Shown in pieces: positions 1 through 10,039 of a stretch of 64,000 nt of DNA. Source of the stretch: Alphaproteobacteria bacterium (GTDB lineage: Bacteria; Pseudomonadota; Alphaproteobacteria; UBA828); the NCBI GenBank assembly GCA_965214705.1, contig CBDCCI010000001.1, positions 64,001 through 128,000 on the forward strand, written 5' to 3'. How positions within the stretch are numbered: position 1 is the first letter of the stretch; each line of letters starts with the position of its first letter. Both the position numbers and the translations under genes were made by a program. Under the pieces are notes generated by a model, which saw only the letters and a program-made list of their open reading frames with translations, ran no database searches and was not told where the DNA came from.

Positions 1-1443
1 CAGTCTCTCATCGCCTCGTCCATCGACCTTTTGGGCCTGCCTGCCGAAGTCGCCGAAGCGGTCGCCCAGGTGGTGGAGTTCTGTCGCGAACAGGCTGGGT
101 CTGACCCGTCTGCCGAGACGTTCGAAACGGTTGAGACGGGGCTGCGGGACGCCATGAACGGCTTGGGTTGCAAGCTCCTTGGGGCCTTCGCCGAGAGCCG
201 CGACGACGGTGCGAGCCGGATCGAGCGCGACGGACAGAGCTGGGTCCGGGTGGCGGCGACGCCGAAGACGATCATGACGACGCTCGGTCCCGTGACCTAT
301 CGGCGTGCGCGCTATCGCAGCGGCGCGAGCAGCACGTCGCTGGTGCCGGTGGACGAGAGCCTGGGCCTCATCGACGACTACCTGACGCGGCCGGCGGCGC
401 AGCTCGGGCTGATGATGATGGGCCACTGTACGCCGCGTGAAGCGGAGGAGTTCTTCGCGAAAATGGGCGGAATGACGCCGTCGGTGAGCACGCTGCAGCG
501 CCTGGCCCTGAGCATGCATGAGCACTGGGAGAGCGTCGCCCCGGAGACGCTGGCCAGCATCCGTGAAACCCAGGGCATACCGCCCGATGCGGTCACCGCG
601 TCCGTCTCCCTTGACGGCGTCATGGTGGCGCTGCGGGCCGGCGAGGACGGCCGTGCCGAGGCGTGCTGGCGCGAGGCCTCTTGCGGCACGGTCTCCTTCC
701 ACGACGCCGAGGGCCAACGGCTGAAGACCCTCTATCTCGGCCGTATGCCCGAGAGCGGCAAGGCCGCGCTGAAAGCGCAACTTGCAAGCGAGGTCGCCCA
801 TATCCGCCGTGTGAGCCCGAAGATCAGGATCGGCGCCGTCGCCGACGGGGCCGCCGACAACTGGACCTTCCTCGAAAGCCTCTCGCCCGAGACCGAGGTC
901 ATCGACTTCTGGCACGCTTGCGAGCATCTCCGCGTGGCCTCTGACCATGCGGTGGCGCGCCACTGGTTCGAGAAGCACCGCGAAATCCTGCGCCACGACC
1001 CCCGCGGCGTCGACAAGGTGATCCGGGCACTGCGCTACCTCCTGGACAGGGCAAAGGGGGACCCGGCCGAGATCGAGCGCGAGCTGGCCTTCTTCCGAAA
1101 GCACCGCCATCGGATGCGCTACCACGCCCTGAAGGAAGAGGGCATCGCCATCGGCTCGGGTGTGGTCGAGGCGGCCTGCAAGACCCTCGTCGCGCAGCGC
1201 TTGAAACGCTCGGGCATGCGCTGGCGGATCGACGGCGGGCAGGCGGTTCTGACCTTCCGCGCCCTGATCAAATCCGGCCTCTTCGACCGGGCATGGGATG
1301 CGCTCATGGACGCCCGATCCGGACCAGCTAACGACAACATCAGCCCAACCGAAGTCCTGGCACTCGCTGCTTGACCAAAATGAACCAGCCCATATCCTTT
1401 AGCGCCATCACGACTGGCATATCGCCATACGAGAATCACACCC
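1..1443 (+). mobile_element. ISKra4-like insertion sequence, right end at about 1443; left end outside window
   Basis: Sequence ends GAGAATCACACCC (1431-1443) exactly where kinase homology on the minus strand stops; a ...CACCC end fits this family as I recall it. Confidence 0.7.
31..1374 (+). CDS. ISKra4-family (UPF0236-like) DDE transposase; true start may lie left of the window
   Basis: 447-aa ORF with SLDGV, VADGAADNW, IDFWHACEHL and IGSGVVEAACK...RLKRSGMRW motifs typical of ISKra4/ISLre2-like transposases. Confidence 0.85.
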   Translation: MGLPAEVAEAVAQVVEFCREQAGSDPSAETFETVETGLRDAMNGLGCKLLGAFAESRDDGASRIERDGQSWVRVAATPKTIMTTLGPVTYRRARYRSGASSTSLVPVDESLGLIDDYLTRPAAQLGLMMMGHCTPREAEEFFAKMGGMTPSVSTLQRLALSMHEHWESVAPETLASIRETQGIPPDAVTASVSLDGVMVALRAGEDGRAEACWREASCGTVSFHDAEGQRLKTLYLGRMPESGKAALKAQLASEVAHIRRVSPKIRIGAVADGAADNWTFLESLSPETEVIDFWHACEHLRVASDHAVARHWFEKHREILRHDPRGVDKVIRALRYLLDRAKGDPAEIERELAFFRKHRHRMRYHALKEEGIAIGSGVVEAACKTLVAQRLKRSGMRWRIDGGQAVLTFRALIKSGLFDRAWDALMDARSGPANDNISPTEVLALAA

Positions 1444-3389
1444 GATCGCCGGCTGACCAGGGTGAGAGTCGGCTCGTAAGCGCCCCCCTCTGAACCATCG
1501 GGACCGGGATCCGCTGCGTCCGCGGCTTCCTCGGCGCGCCGTCTCTCGGCAGTCGCCTGGCAAGCGTTGCTGACCAGATTGAGGAAGACGCGGCCCACGT
1601 CCTGAGTGACGACGTCGAGCGATCCGACCGCCGGATCGAAGTCCTGGACGATGTCGAGCTGAAAGCCCTCATCGCTTGCCCGGGCGCTGTGGTAGGCAAG
1701 CCGCACATGCTCGTCGAGCAAGGCATTGATGTCCGTCGGTTGCCGGCCGCCCGAATCGCGCCCCATGCTGAGCATGTGCTGTACGATCTGGTTGGCGCGC
1801 TCGCCGTGCTCCCGAATTAATCTGAGGTTTTCCGTGATGTCGGCGCTGATCTCTCGGATCAGCGCACTGCTCTCGTCCTCCTTCCCGTCGACCGGCTCAG
1901 GGAGGACCGTTTGCAGCTCTTCCAGGAGTTCTTCCAGCAACTGCTCCGTTACGTCTGAAAAGTTCTTGACGAAGTTCAGCGGGTTCCGGATTTCGTGCGC
2001 CACGCCGGCAGTGAGCTCGCCAAGCGCCGCAAGCTTCTCCTGCATGACGATCTGATCTTGTGCTCGCTGAAGGTTCGCGAGTGCGTCCTCGAGCTGCTCG
2101 TTCTTGCCCTTGAGCTCCTCTGCCAGCTTCTCGACCAAGTTAAGCCGTTGGACTTCGAGCGCGTGACGGCGAAAGACCTCCAACGCCGCGGCCATGTCCG
2201 CGACCTCGCCTCGTCCGTCGACCACCACTTCCGCTTCGATATCGCCCTCGGCCATCCGGCGCATCCGATCCGAGAGCCGCCCGAGACGCCGCATCAGCAC
2301 GCGGCCGACGAACAGCCATGAGATCAGCACCGCCCCGACGATGCTGGTCACGCTAATCGCAAGCAGCAGATTGCCGCCGGTACTGATCGCCGTCGAGGAC
2401 GCCTGAGCCGCGTCTTGGACGCTCTCACGCGCCGCGCTGACCAGCCCCTCTGCCTCGGCGGCGAGTTCGACAGCAAGATTGTTGTTGGACGCGAGCAACG
2501 CCGTCTGACGCTCATCGAGAGAAAGTTCGTGAGCCCGCAAATCGAAGCCTTGATCCTGGCCCAGACCCAGATCGACGAGACGGGACAAGGCGGGTGCAAT
2601 CCTGGCATGGAGGGGCGTGGCGCCCAGGGCCGACAGGCCGCGCTCGATCTTGCCGGCGGAGGCCTCGAAGCGCTCCCGGAGCGGTTCCAGCAGGGCGACG
2701 TCTGAGAGGTCGAACGCGCTCGCCAGAAGCTGGATCGCAATCGTGGCATTTGCCTGCAATCCCGCCATGTGGCGGTAGCGGTTGATCTCCTCCTCCGACA
2801 TGTGCACCGCGCGGGGCGCCGGCGTCTCGCCGAGTGCCCGATAGCCCGTCATCGTGTAGAAGAGCTGGTCGTCGATGGCCGGAATTAATGCTGCGGCAAG
2901 CTCCCTTTGCAGGGCTGCGATTTCGGCACGCAACGCCTCGCTGCGCTCGGCGAGCAGGAAGCCTTCAGCCACCGACTCCTCGATGGCGCCGACATTCGCG
3001 AGCAAGGCATTGCCTTGGGCGCGAATGCGCTCGAAGCGCGGCTCCTCCGCTCCTTGATCCGGCAGCGCCGCCACCTGGGCTTCGAAGGCTTGGCGGTCAT
3101 GTGAGATATCCGCGACGGTGTGGGCGAGTTCTTCCGGCGTCGCTGCGGCGGTCAGCCGCGGCCCGGCGGCGACGAGAGCACCGCTTTGCTGCGCCACGCC
3201 GAAGGCCGTCACCATCTCTGGCACGCTGCCCTCGTTGACGCGGCGCTGGACGTCGCCCACATGATCGAAGGAGACCAGACCGACCAGACTGGCGACAACG
3301 GTGAGCGCGACGGCGCCCCCGATACCCAGATAAAGCTGGGTCGAGAGTCGAAAACGACTGTCAAGCAGCCGTCTTGCCAACGTGGTCAT
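1444..3389 (-). pseudogene. Sensor histidine kinase (TorS-like periplasmic domain, HAMP, HisKA) truncated in the HATPase domain by the IS
   Basis: Two TM segments, HAMP (GEVADMAAALEVFR), H-box AGVAHEIRNPLNF, N-box NLVSNACQA; G1/G2 boxes missing and the frame runs into IS sequence. Confidence 0.85.
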
Positions 3390-4573
3390 GGCTGCACGGC
3401 GAGCCGAAGTGTGTCGATGGGATGGTAGCGGCCGTCCCCACCGATCACGGTAACGAAGACGGCGTCCGACCCCTGATTGTCACCCTCGCCATAGCGAAGC
3501 CCGAAGCCATCGAGGTCGATGACTTCAGCGCGGCGTAAACTGTCCAATAGGCAGGACCGGTCGATCTCACGTCCACAGCGCTCGAGACCCTCGATCGCGA
3601 GGCGGCCCGCCAGGTAGCCCTCGAAGGAGACGAAACCCGGTGAGGCTTCTGGTGAATTGGCCGCCAGCGCCCGGCGATACGCAACAGTGACCGCAAGCTC
3701 GTCGCCGTCAGGAAAGGGCACCACCTGGGTCACGAAGACGCCGGTCCCTGCGGTGCCAAGCTCTCTTGCCAGAGCGTTGCTGCCCACGAAAGAAATGGTC
3801 AGAAAGACCGGATCGAAGCCGATGTGCCGCGCCCAGGCGATCAGCGCGGCGACCGGCTCATAGGCCCCGATCAGGATGACGGCTTCGGGATCCAGACGCT
3901 GCACGTCGAGCAGTGCCGTTTTCACCGCGGTCGTGTTGCGCGGATAGACCCCGATCACCACCGGCTCCAGCTCGCGCCGCTCGAGCGCCCGGCGCACCCC
4001 GCGATAGCCGGCCTGCCCGAAGGAATCGTCCTGATAGATCACCCCGACCCCGTCGATTCCCAAGTCTCCGATCAGGCGGGAGACCATTGCCTCGGTCTCC
4101 TGGTAGTAGGACGCGCGCAGATTGATCACGTTCCGCCACTTGGCATCGCGCAGAAACTCGGCACCGGTAAATGGCGCGAGATAGGGAACGCCCATATCGG
4201 CAGCGATAGGGGCGGCGGAGCGAGAGGTCGGCGTGCCGACCGCGCCGATCAGGGCGAAGACACCATCCTCCACGACCAACCGGCGCGTATTGACGATCGC
4301 GGCCTCCGGCTCGTACGCGTCGTCGAGAGACCGAAGCGCCAGCGTGCGCCCGTGCACGCCGCCGCGCTGGTTTGCTTCCTCGAACGCCGCCTGGATACCG
4401 AGCCGCAGGTTCTTACCCAGGTCCTGCGCGGGACCACTGAAAGCCGCCGATTGTCCAAAGAGGATCTGCTGGTCGGTCACTCCGGGCTCTTCCGCCTGCA
4501 CCGCCGCGGCACCCGGAAGTGTGAACCAGACGGCCATGAGGAGGGCCGAGGGCAAACCACTTGCCCACCTCAT
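3386..4573 (-). CDS. Periplasmic ligand-binding protein (type I, LivJ-like), orphan; overlaps the kinase start
   Basis: Signal peptide, FGQSAAFSGPA, DDAYEP, GAVGTPT, NLRASY motifs; ATGA overlap with kinase; start at 4573 chosen from the signal peptide. Confidence 0.85.
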   Translation of the reverse strand: MRWASGLPSALLMAVWFTLPGAAAVQAEEPGVTDQQILFGQSAAFSGPAQDLGKNLRLGIQAAFEEANQRGGVHGRTLALRSLDDAYEPEAAIVNTRRLVVEDGVFALIGAVGTPTSRSAAPIAADMGVPYLAPFTGAEFLRDAKWRNVINLRASYYQETEAMVSRLIGDLGIDGVGVIYQDDSFGQAGYRGVRRALERRELEPVVIGVYPRNTTAVKTALLDVQRLDPEAVILIGAYEPVAALIAWARHIGFDPVFLTISFVGSNALARELGTAGTGVFVTQVVPFPDGDELAVTVAYRRALAANSPEASPGFVSFEGYLAGRLAIEGLERCGREIDRSCLLDSLRRAEVIDLDGFGLRYGEGDNQGSDAVFVTVIGGDGRYHPIDTLRLAVQP

Positions 4574-4722
4574 CCGCTTCCCTGTTGTATCGTTGCGGGT
4601 TGGACGCTCTAGCGCTCGCTCTGCGGGCGCGGCGGGGCCACCTCGCTTGCACGAGACGGGAACGCGTCGAAGCTCCGCCGCTTGTCGCTCAGCCGCGTCG
4701 AAGCGGGAACAGAGCCTAACAC

Positions 4723-5925
4723 CTATCCGCATGGCTCGTCGCGATAGAGCGTTATGCAAGTGATGTCGTCGGATTGCGGCGTGTCGCCTGCAAATGCGCT
4801 CACGGCCTCGAAAACCGCCTTGTTGGCTTCTTTCGCGTCTTTCGGGGGCACTCCGTTGAAGACCAGCCGCAGCCGCTCCATATCGAACAACTCTGCCTTG
4901 GCATTCTCGGCTTCCGTGACGCCATCGGTGTAGAATACGACTGCTTCGCCTGGCGCGACCTGTAGCGTGTCTTCCGCAAAGTCGACGTCGGCCATCACCC
5001 CGAGCGCGATCCCACTCGTTACAGGAATCTCGCTGGAGCTTCCATCGGCTTGAACAATGATTGGCGGATTGTGGCCCCCGTTTGCATACACCATTTCCCC
5101 GCTTTCCGGGTCGAAAATTGCGTAGAAGAGCGTGACGAACATCATCGCTTCGTTATCGTCTTGAAGAACTTGGTTGACCTCCTTCAGCACCGCGCCAGGG
5201 CGAGCGGTGCCGATGGCTGCGCCTTTGAGAAGAGTACGGCAAGACATCATGAAAAGGGCGGCGGGAACGCCCTTGCCGGAGACATCCGCGACCGCAATAC
5301 CGATACGTCCCTCTTCCAATTTCATAATGTCAAAAAAATCCCCGCCTACTTCCCGGGCAGGTGACATACTACCGAACACCTGATACCGAGAATCTGCGGG
5401 AAAAACGGTCGGAAGGATCGACTGTTGCATTTTACTAGCTACATCGAGTTCGCTTTGTATTGCCAGAAGCTTTTCGCGCGATTCTGTTGCCTCTCTCCAC
5501 GAAATCAGGTTGCGCAATGTTCGTTCGATCGTGACCTTCAAGTCTGCAAAGTCGATGGGCTTGGTCACGAAATCGAAAGCGCCCCGGTTCATCGCAGTGC
5601 GAATGTTCTTCATGTCACCGTAAGCTGACACGATCACGGAACGCACGTCCGCATTGACTTCAGCAATATTTTCGAGGAGCGCAAGACCGTCCATCTTGGG
5701 CATGTTGATGTCCGAGACCACCAAATCGATGTTCTGATCCTGGCTGAGCCGTTCAAGAGCTTCGATACCATTGTGAGCGAAGACGAACTCATACTGCTGG
5801 CGGCGAATCTCCCGGCGCATCTGCTGTAGAACGAGACGTTCCAAGTCAGGTTCGTCGTCTACGACGAGAATCTTGTAGGGAGTCGAACGCATTTCTAGTG
5901 TCTCAGCGCTTGGCTCTTGCGTCAT
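4723..5925 (-). CDS. Response-regulator receiver fused to SpoIIE/RsbU-type PP2C phosphatase
   Basis: ILVVDDE...SDINMP...TKP receiver; VGGDFFD, ADVSGKG, NGGHNPP, YTDGVTE, DDIT PP2C motifs. Confidence 0.92.
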   Translation of the reverse strand: MTQEPSAETLEMRSTPYKILVVDDEPDLERLVLQQMRREIRRQQYEFVFAHNGIEALERLSQDQNIDLVVSDINMPKMDGLALLENIAEVNADVRSVIVSAYGDMKNIRTAMNRGAFDFVTKPIDFADLKVTIERTLRNLISWREATESREKLLAIQSELDVASKMQQSILPTVFPADSRYQVFGSMSPAREVGGDFFDIMKLEEGRIGIAVADVSGKGVPAALFMMSCRTLLKGAAIGTARPGAVLKEVNQVLQDDNEAMMFVTLFYAIFDPESGEMVYANGGHNPPIIVQADGSSSEIPVTSGIALGVMADVDFAEDTLQVAPGEAVVFYTDGVTEAENAKAELFDMERLRLVFNGVPPKDAKEANKAVFEAVSAFAGDTPQSDDITCITLYRDEPCG

Positions 5926-6139
5926 TGCTCAACTCGTTTTTTGCGATTCGTGAAACCGCCTGTGGTGTAGCGCTCTTCATACGCCTTAGAGAGGCGCTCG
6001 TGTAGCGATGTTCTTGACTCATCTGGGCGTGATCGTTTGACAATTAGGTCTGATCCCAAACTTCATTTACGGCCGGACGATTAGCACCATCACACTTGTG
6101 AACGATCCCTTGCTTCCTTCGGCAAGTCTTCGACAGACC

Positions 6140-6796
6140 TCAGTAGGCTCCGTGTGCACGCGTTGTGACGATTGCGCGTTCGATGTCGGCGACGGCGTTG
6201 AACACGTCGCGGCCAACAAGGTCCATGTTGCGGAGCTGTCTTATTCGTGCGCCGGCGTTCTTGAACTCGCCTCCGGGGTAAATGTCGGGCAGAATGCCGC
6301 AGGCATCCAGCAGAGAGAGCAGCGCGGTATCCCGGGGATCGGGTATGTCATCCGAGAGAATGAGTGTCTTTATGCGGTCCTTGATCTCGCGCGCCGCCTC
6401 GCCATTGACGGTGAGATAACGGCGTCTGCGGAAACCCAAGAGAGACCTCTTATCCTGCTTCTCTAGAATGCCTCGCTCCACGAGTCGGTCGAGTGCCTGT
6501 TGTTGAATGGCTGCCGACTCGTCGGCGGACAACGTCTTGATCCAAGTGCCGGTATCGGAAGTTTCCCCCTGTTCGCCAATCTTGGCCAGGATACGGTCGA
6601 GCATGGCCTCGCCGATCGGCGTACGGTCCATGACGGTCAGCGTCTTAGGATCGGTGTCAATCCGATAGGCGAACGCCAGATCCACAAGCACGGCGCCAGC
6701 CAGGGCGCACTCCACAATGTTGGGGTGTATGGGCAGGAACTCGCTGCCTTTCTCATCCAGAAGCAAGAGACAGGTCTCTTCAACGAACGTCAGCAT
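6140..6796 (-). CDS. GPP34/GOLPH3/Vps74-family protein
   Basis: LTFVEE.LLLLLD, ALAGAVLVDLA...RID, LVERGIL, PDPRD.ALLSL..AC pattern. Confidence 0.8.
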   Translation of the reverse strand: MLTFVEETCLLLLDEKGSEFLPIHPNIVECALAGAVLVDLAFAYRIDTDPKTLTVMDRTPIGEAMLDRILAKIGEQGETSDTGTWIKTLSADESAAIQQQALDRLVERGILEKQDKRSLLGFRRRRYLTVNGEAAREIKDRIKTLILSDDIPDPRDTALLSLLDACGILPDIYPGGEFKNAGARIRQLRNMDLVGRDVFNAVADIERAIVTTRAHGAY

Positions 6797-7054
6797 TGTG
6801 CCGTCCTACTCAGGTGTTGACGATGGGCGGAAGCAGTGGGTCGCCGCCAAATGGTGGGAATTGTGCGGTTGTTACCCTTTCTCGGATTTCGATTCCACCG
6901 CGGTCCGAACGCGACGAAAGACTTTGAGAAGGCCCAACGCAGTCAGTCACCCACTGCGGCGCTACGTCCCGCCCGCCACCGCGGCATCGGCCTAGCAACC
7001 TCGTTGCTCGCTGCCAAATGCAGTGGCGACCGGGGTGGGGGTGACCTTCAAGCC

Positions 7055-7235
7055 TCATCCAGTTGTCGCGCCGTCAGTGTAGAGGAAAATTGCGTCTCCT
7101 AGCGCCAGCGTCAGCAAATCTTCAAGCACATCTTCATTGTAAGGGAGGCCCGGCTTGGCGCCTATGGTCGTGCCACCAGTCATCGGTAGCGGCGTAACCG
7201 AGCCGGGGCGCCTATCCACATACGGCGGTTTGCCT
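7055..7235 (-). pseudogene. Remnant of a second PP2C/SpoIIE phosphatase gene
   Basis: KPPYVDRRPGSVTPLPMTGGTTIG...LTLALGDAIFLYTDG aligns by eye with NPPIIVQADGSSSEIPVTSGIALG...LQVAPGEAVVFYTDG of 4723-5925; no start, early stop. Confidence 0.7.
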
Positions 7236-7266
7236 GCACGGCGGCCGGCGGCTGCTCTCCGACACT

Positions 7267-8295
7267 TCAGCGGAACGGCGGCGAATAGAGGGCGCCGCCT
7301 TCCGAATAAAGCGCGCTGAGGCCGCGCGGCAGGCCGAGCGGGCTGCCAGCGCCGAGGTTTTTCTCGAAGATCTCGGCGTAGTTGCCTTCCGCCGCAATCG
7401 CACGCACGGCCCATTGCGAGTCGAGGCCCAGCATCTCACCCAGAGAGCCTTCCGAGCCCAGCATCCGGTTGATCTCCGGGCGATCCGTTCCCTTCGCCAG
7501 CTCCATGACGTTGGTCTGGGTTACGGCAAGCTCCTCGGCGGTGATCAGCGCGTTGAGCACCCAGCGCCCGATGTCCGCCCACTGGTCGTCACCGTGGCGC
7601 ACCAGCGGTCCCAACGGCTCCTTCGAGATGATCTCCGGGTAGATCATGTGCGCGTCCGGGTCGTCGAAGGTCGATTTCGTCGCCGCCAGGCCGGAAACGT
7701 CCGTCGTGTAGACGTCGCAGCGCTCCGCCTTGTACGCCGCACGGGCTTCGGCGTTGGTCTCGAGCGGCACCGGCTCGTAGGTGATCCCGTTGACGCGGAA
7801 AAAGTCAGCGAGGTTGAGCTCGGTGGTCGTGCCGGTCTGGATGCAGATCGAGGCGCCGTCCAGCTCGGTGGCGCTCTCCACGCCGAGCTCCCGGTGGCCG
7901 AGGAAGCCCTGGCCGTCATAGTAGTTGATGCCGACGAAGGTGAAGCCCAGGTCGACATCGCGCGAGAAGGTCCAGGTCGTGTTGCGCGACAGGATGTCGA
8001 CTTCGCCGGAGGCCAATGCCGGGAAGCGCGTCTTGCCGGTCAGAGTGACGAAGGAAACCTTGTCTGGATCGCCCAGCACGGCCGCCGCCAGCGCCCGGCA
8101 ATAGGCCGCCTCGAAGCCGGACCATCTGCCCGTATCGTCGGTATGAGAAAAGCCCGGCAGGCCCGGATTGATGCCGCATCTGAGCGTGCCCGCCGCCCTT
8201 ACGTGATCGAGAGTGCTTGCGTAACCGTCCGCCGCAAGGACGGTGATCGATACACAGAGGGTAGTCAGGATGCCGACGATTGCGTTGAGCTTCAT
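7267..8295 (-). CDS. aapJ: General L-amino acid ABC substrate-binding protein (AapJ/BztA-like), orphan
   Basis: LSRNTTWTFSRD, YYDGQGF, QTGTTTELNLADFF, ISKEPLGP, YSPPFR. Confidence 0.88.
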   Translation of the reverse strand: MKLNAIVGILTTLCVSITVLAADGYASTLDHVRAAGTLRCGINPGLPGFSHTDDTGRWSGFEAAYCRALAAAVLGDPDKVSFVTLTGKTRFPALASGEVDILSRNTTWTFSRDVDLGFTFVGINYYDGQGFLGHRELGVESATELDGASICIQTGTTTELNLADFFRVNGITYEPVPLETNAEARAAYKAERCDVYTTDVSGLAATKSTFDDPDAHMIYPEIISKEPLGPLVRHGDDQWADIGRWVLNALITAEELAVTQTNVMELAKGTDRPEINRMLGSEGSLGEMLGLDSQWAVRAIAAEGNYAEIFEKNLGAGSPLGLPRGLSALYSEGGALYSPPFR

Positions 8296-8612
8296 TTGCT
8301 CGTCCCTGTATCGACGATGAACAGAAGCCGATAGGAGCGACCTTGCCAGGGAAGATCGGCAGCGCTGAATTGCCGCAAAAGCGGTCGTAACCGATCTTCG
8401 TGGGATGATCCGAATCGCCGAGTAACGCAAGCCTATGCTGGATGTTTTCTCCTCTCAGAGCGACCACAAATTTCTGCACCGCGCCGCCTTCCGAGCGGGA
8501 CGCGAGGCATTATCGTCGCATGGCCGCAGTTATGGAGTGGGCCCTGGGCCCCTGGGATCGGACAATGACGTCAGCGCGGTGATCGCGGCGTGGGAACGGC
8601 TGCCCCGGCGCG

Positions 8613-9035
8613 TCAAGGATTCCTGCGCTTGATCAGGACCACCCTGTTCCTGCCGTCCTCGCGCCGATAGTGCGCTTCGTCCACCAGCCTCCGCACGAGA
8701 TGGATGCCGAGGCCACCTATGGGGCGGTCCGCGACCGAGGAGTCGAGATCGGGCGGCGGTGCGTCGGAGAACGGATCGAAGGGCTTGCCGTCGTCGACAA
8801 TTTCCATAGTGAGGGATTGGCCTTCGGAGGTGAGTGTAATGCGGATGTCCTTCTCCCCTGCTTCGTCGTATCCGTACTGCACGATGTTGGTGCCGATCTC
8901 CTCCAGCGCGAGCCTGATCTGAAACATGAAATCGGGCTCCCAGCCATCGGCCACCGCCAGGATGTCGACTGCCGTGTGAATGCGCTCGAATTCGTCCAGC
9001 GGCGCTTCCAAATTGAGTGTAAAGGTCGCGCTCAT
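8613..9035 (-). CDS. RsbW-like anti-sigma factor / Ser kinase (HATPase_c_2)
   Basis: LALEEIGTNIVQYG, DDGKPFDP, RPIGGLGIHLV. Confidence 0.9.
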   Translation of the reverse strand: MSATFTLNLEAPLDEFERIHTAVDILAVADGWEPDFMFQIRLALEEIGTNIVQYGYDEAGEKDIRITLTSEGQSLTMEIVDDGKPFDPFSDAPPPDLDSSVADRPIGGLGIHLVRRLVDEAHYRREDGRNRVVLIKRRNP

Positions 9036-9109
9036 TTTCCTGTTCTCGCTCGATTGGTCGTCTGCCGGTTCCCTCCGGACAGCCTCGCCGGCCTCGCTGG
9101 ACCGGGCGC

Positions 9110-10000
9110 CTACTGCCGCGTCGCGCCGAAGGCGCCGACGATGTCGGATTGTTCGAATATGCCCGCCGCCTCGGCGTGTCCGGTGCCGTAGAAGCCGCCC
9201 TGGATGCGCGTTCCGGACTCGCCGGTCGCGAAGGTCCCGTCCGGACCGACCGCGAGGTTGGAGAAGATCACCGTCTCAACGTCGTGCGCCGTCCCGCGGT
9301 CGATGTTCTTGATACCGCTGAATGCCGCATCGAGGCCGCCGACGGCCATGTCGTAGTTCAGCGCCGCCGTCCCCACGAGCCGCTCGCCGTGCGCGTCCCC
9401 GTCGACGGGCGTTCCCACCATGATGCCGAGCCAGGTTGCGCTCCCGGCCGGAGGGGTTCCCGTGAGCTCGCCCAAGGTGATCCCGTACCAGACATCCACC
9501 GTGCCCTCTTCGCTCGTCTGGCGCTCGTTCAGGATCGCGAACGAACCGTGCTCCAGCCATGCGCCGAGACTGGCAAGGTCCGCTCCCGTATGCGTCGAGG
9601 ACTCCGACAACAGGGTGATGCCGTGCTTCGAGCCGATGGCGGTGGCGGCGCCCTGCCTGAGAGGCGTATTAGCAAGCTCGATGGTATCGACGGCGCCGCT
9701 CAGGGGCTCGGTCACGGTGCACTGCGTTCCGCTGCACCGCGTCAGGAGACGGAAGGTCGGAATCTCCGCGTTGCCGGTCTCCCCGTGCATCGTGGACAGG
9801 ATCAGGGAATCGGCGCGGGCGAAGACGTCCAGGCTGCGTTCCTGCTGCGCCTCCGCCGTCTCGATCGGCGCCGACAGGCCGGTCAGCTCCCGGATCTCGG
9901 CGGTGGTGAGCGCCCGTTCGGGCGCGGAATCGCCGCCGCCGCAAGCCGCGAGCGAGAGGACGGCGGCCATCGCCAGACCGCAGGCAGAAAATGATCTCAT
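9110..10000 (-). CDS. Lipoprotein with C-terminal TbpB-like beta-barrel (paralogue 1)
   Basis: Lipobox LAAC; GSATWLG.MVG...GGFYG..HAEAAGIFE...GAFGA C-terminus. Confidence 0.75.
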   Translation of the reverse strand: MRSFSACGLAMAAVLSLAACGGGDSAPERALTTAEIRELTGLSAPIETAEAQQERSLDVFARADSLILSTMHGETGNAEIPTFRLLTRCSGTQCTVTEPLSGAVDTIELANTPLRQGAATAIGSKHGITLLSESSTHTGADLASLGAWLEHGSFAILNERQTSEEGTVDVWYGITLGELTGTPPAGSATWLGIMVGTPVDGDAHGERLVGTAALNYDMAVGGLDAAFSGIKNIDRGTAHDVETVIFSNLAVGPDGTFATGESGTRIQGGFYGTGHAEAAGIFEQSDIVGAFGATRQ

Positions 10001-10039
10001 GTCGATCTCCTCCTGTTGCCGCCGACGGGCGGGCAGTAG

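Noticed and set aside
1119-1443. C-terminal ~108 aa of the 756-aa kinase ORF
   Set aside because: Read-through into the antisense strand of the IS, not kinase sequence.
8435-8632. 65-aa ORF ending AVIAAWERLPRRVK
   Set aside because: Only a vague resemblance to small island-associated proteins; overlaps the RsbW stop and has no other support.
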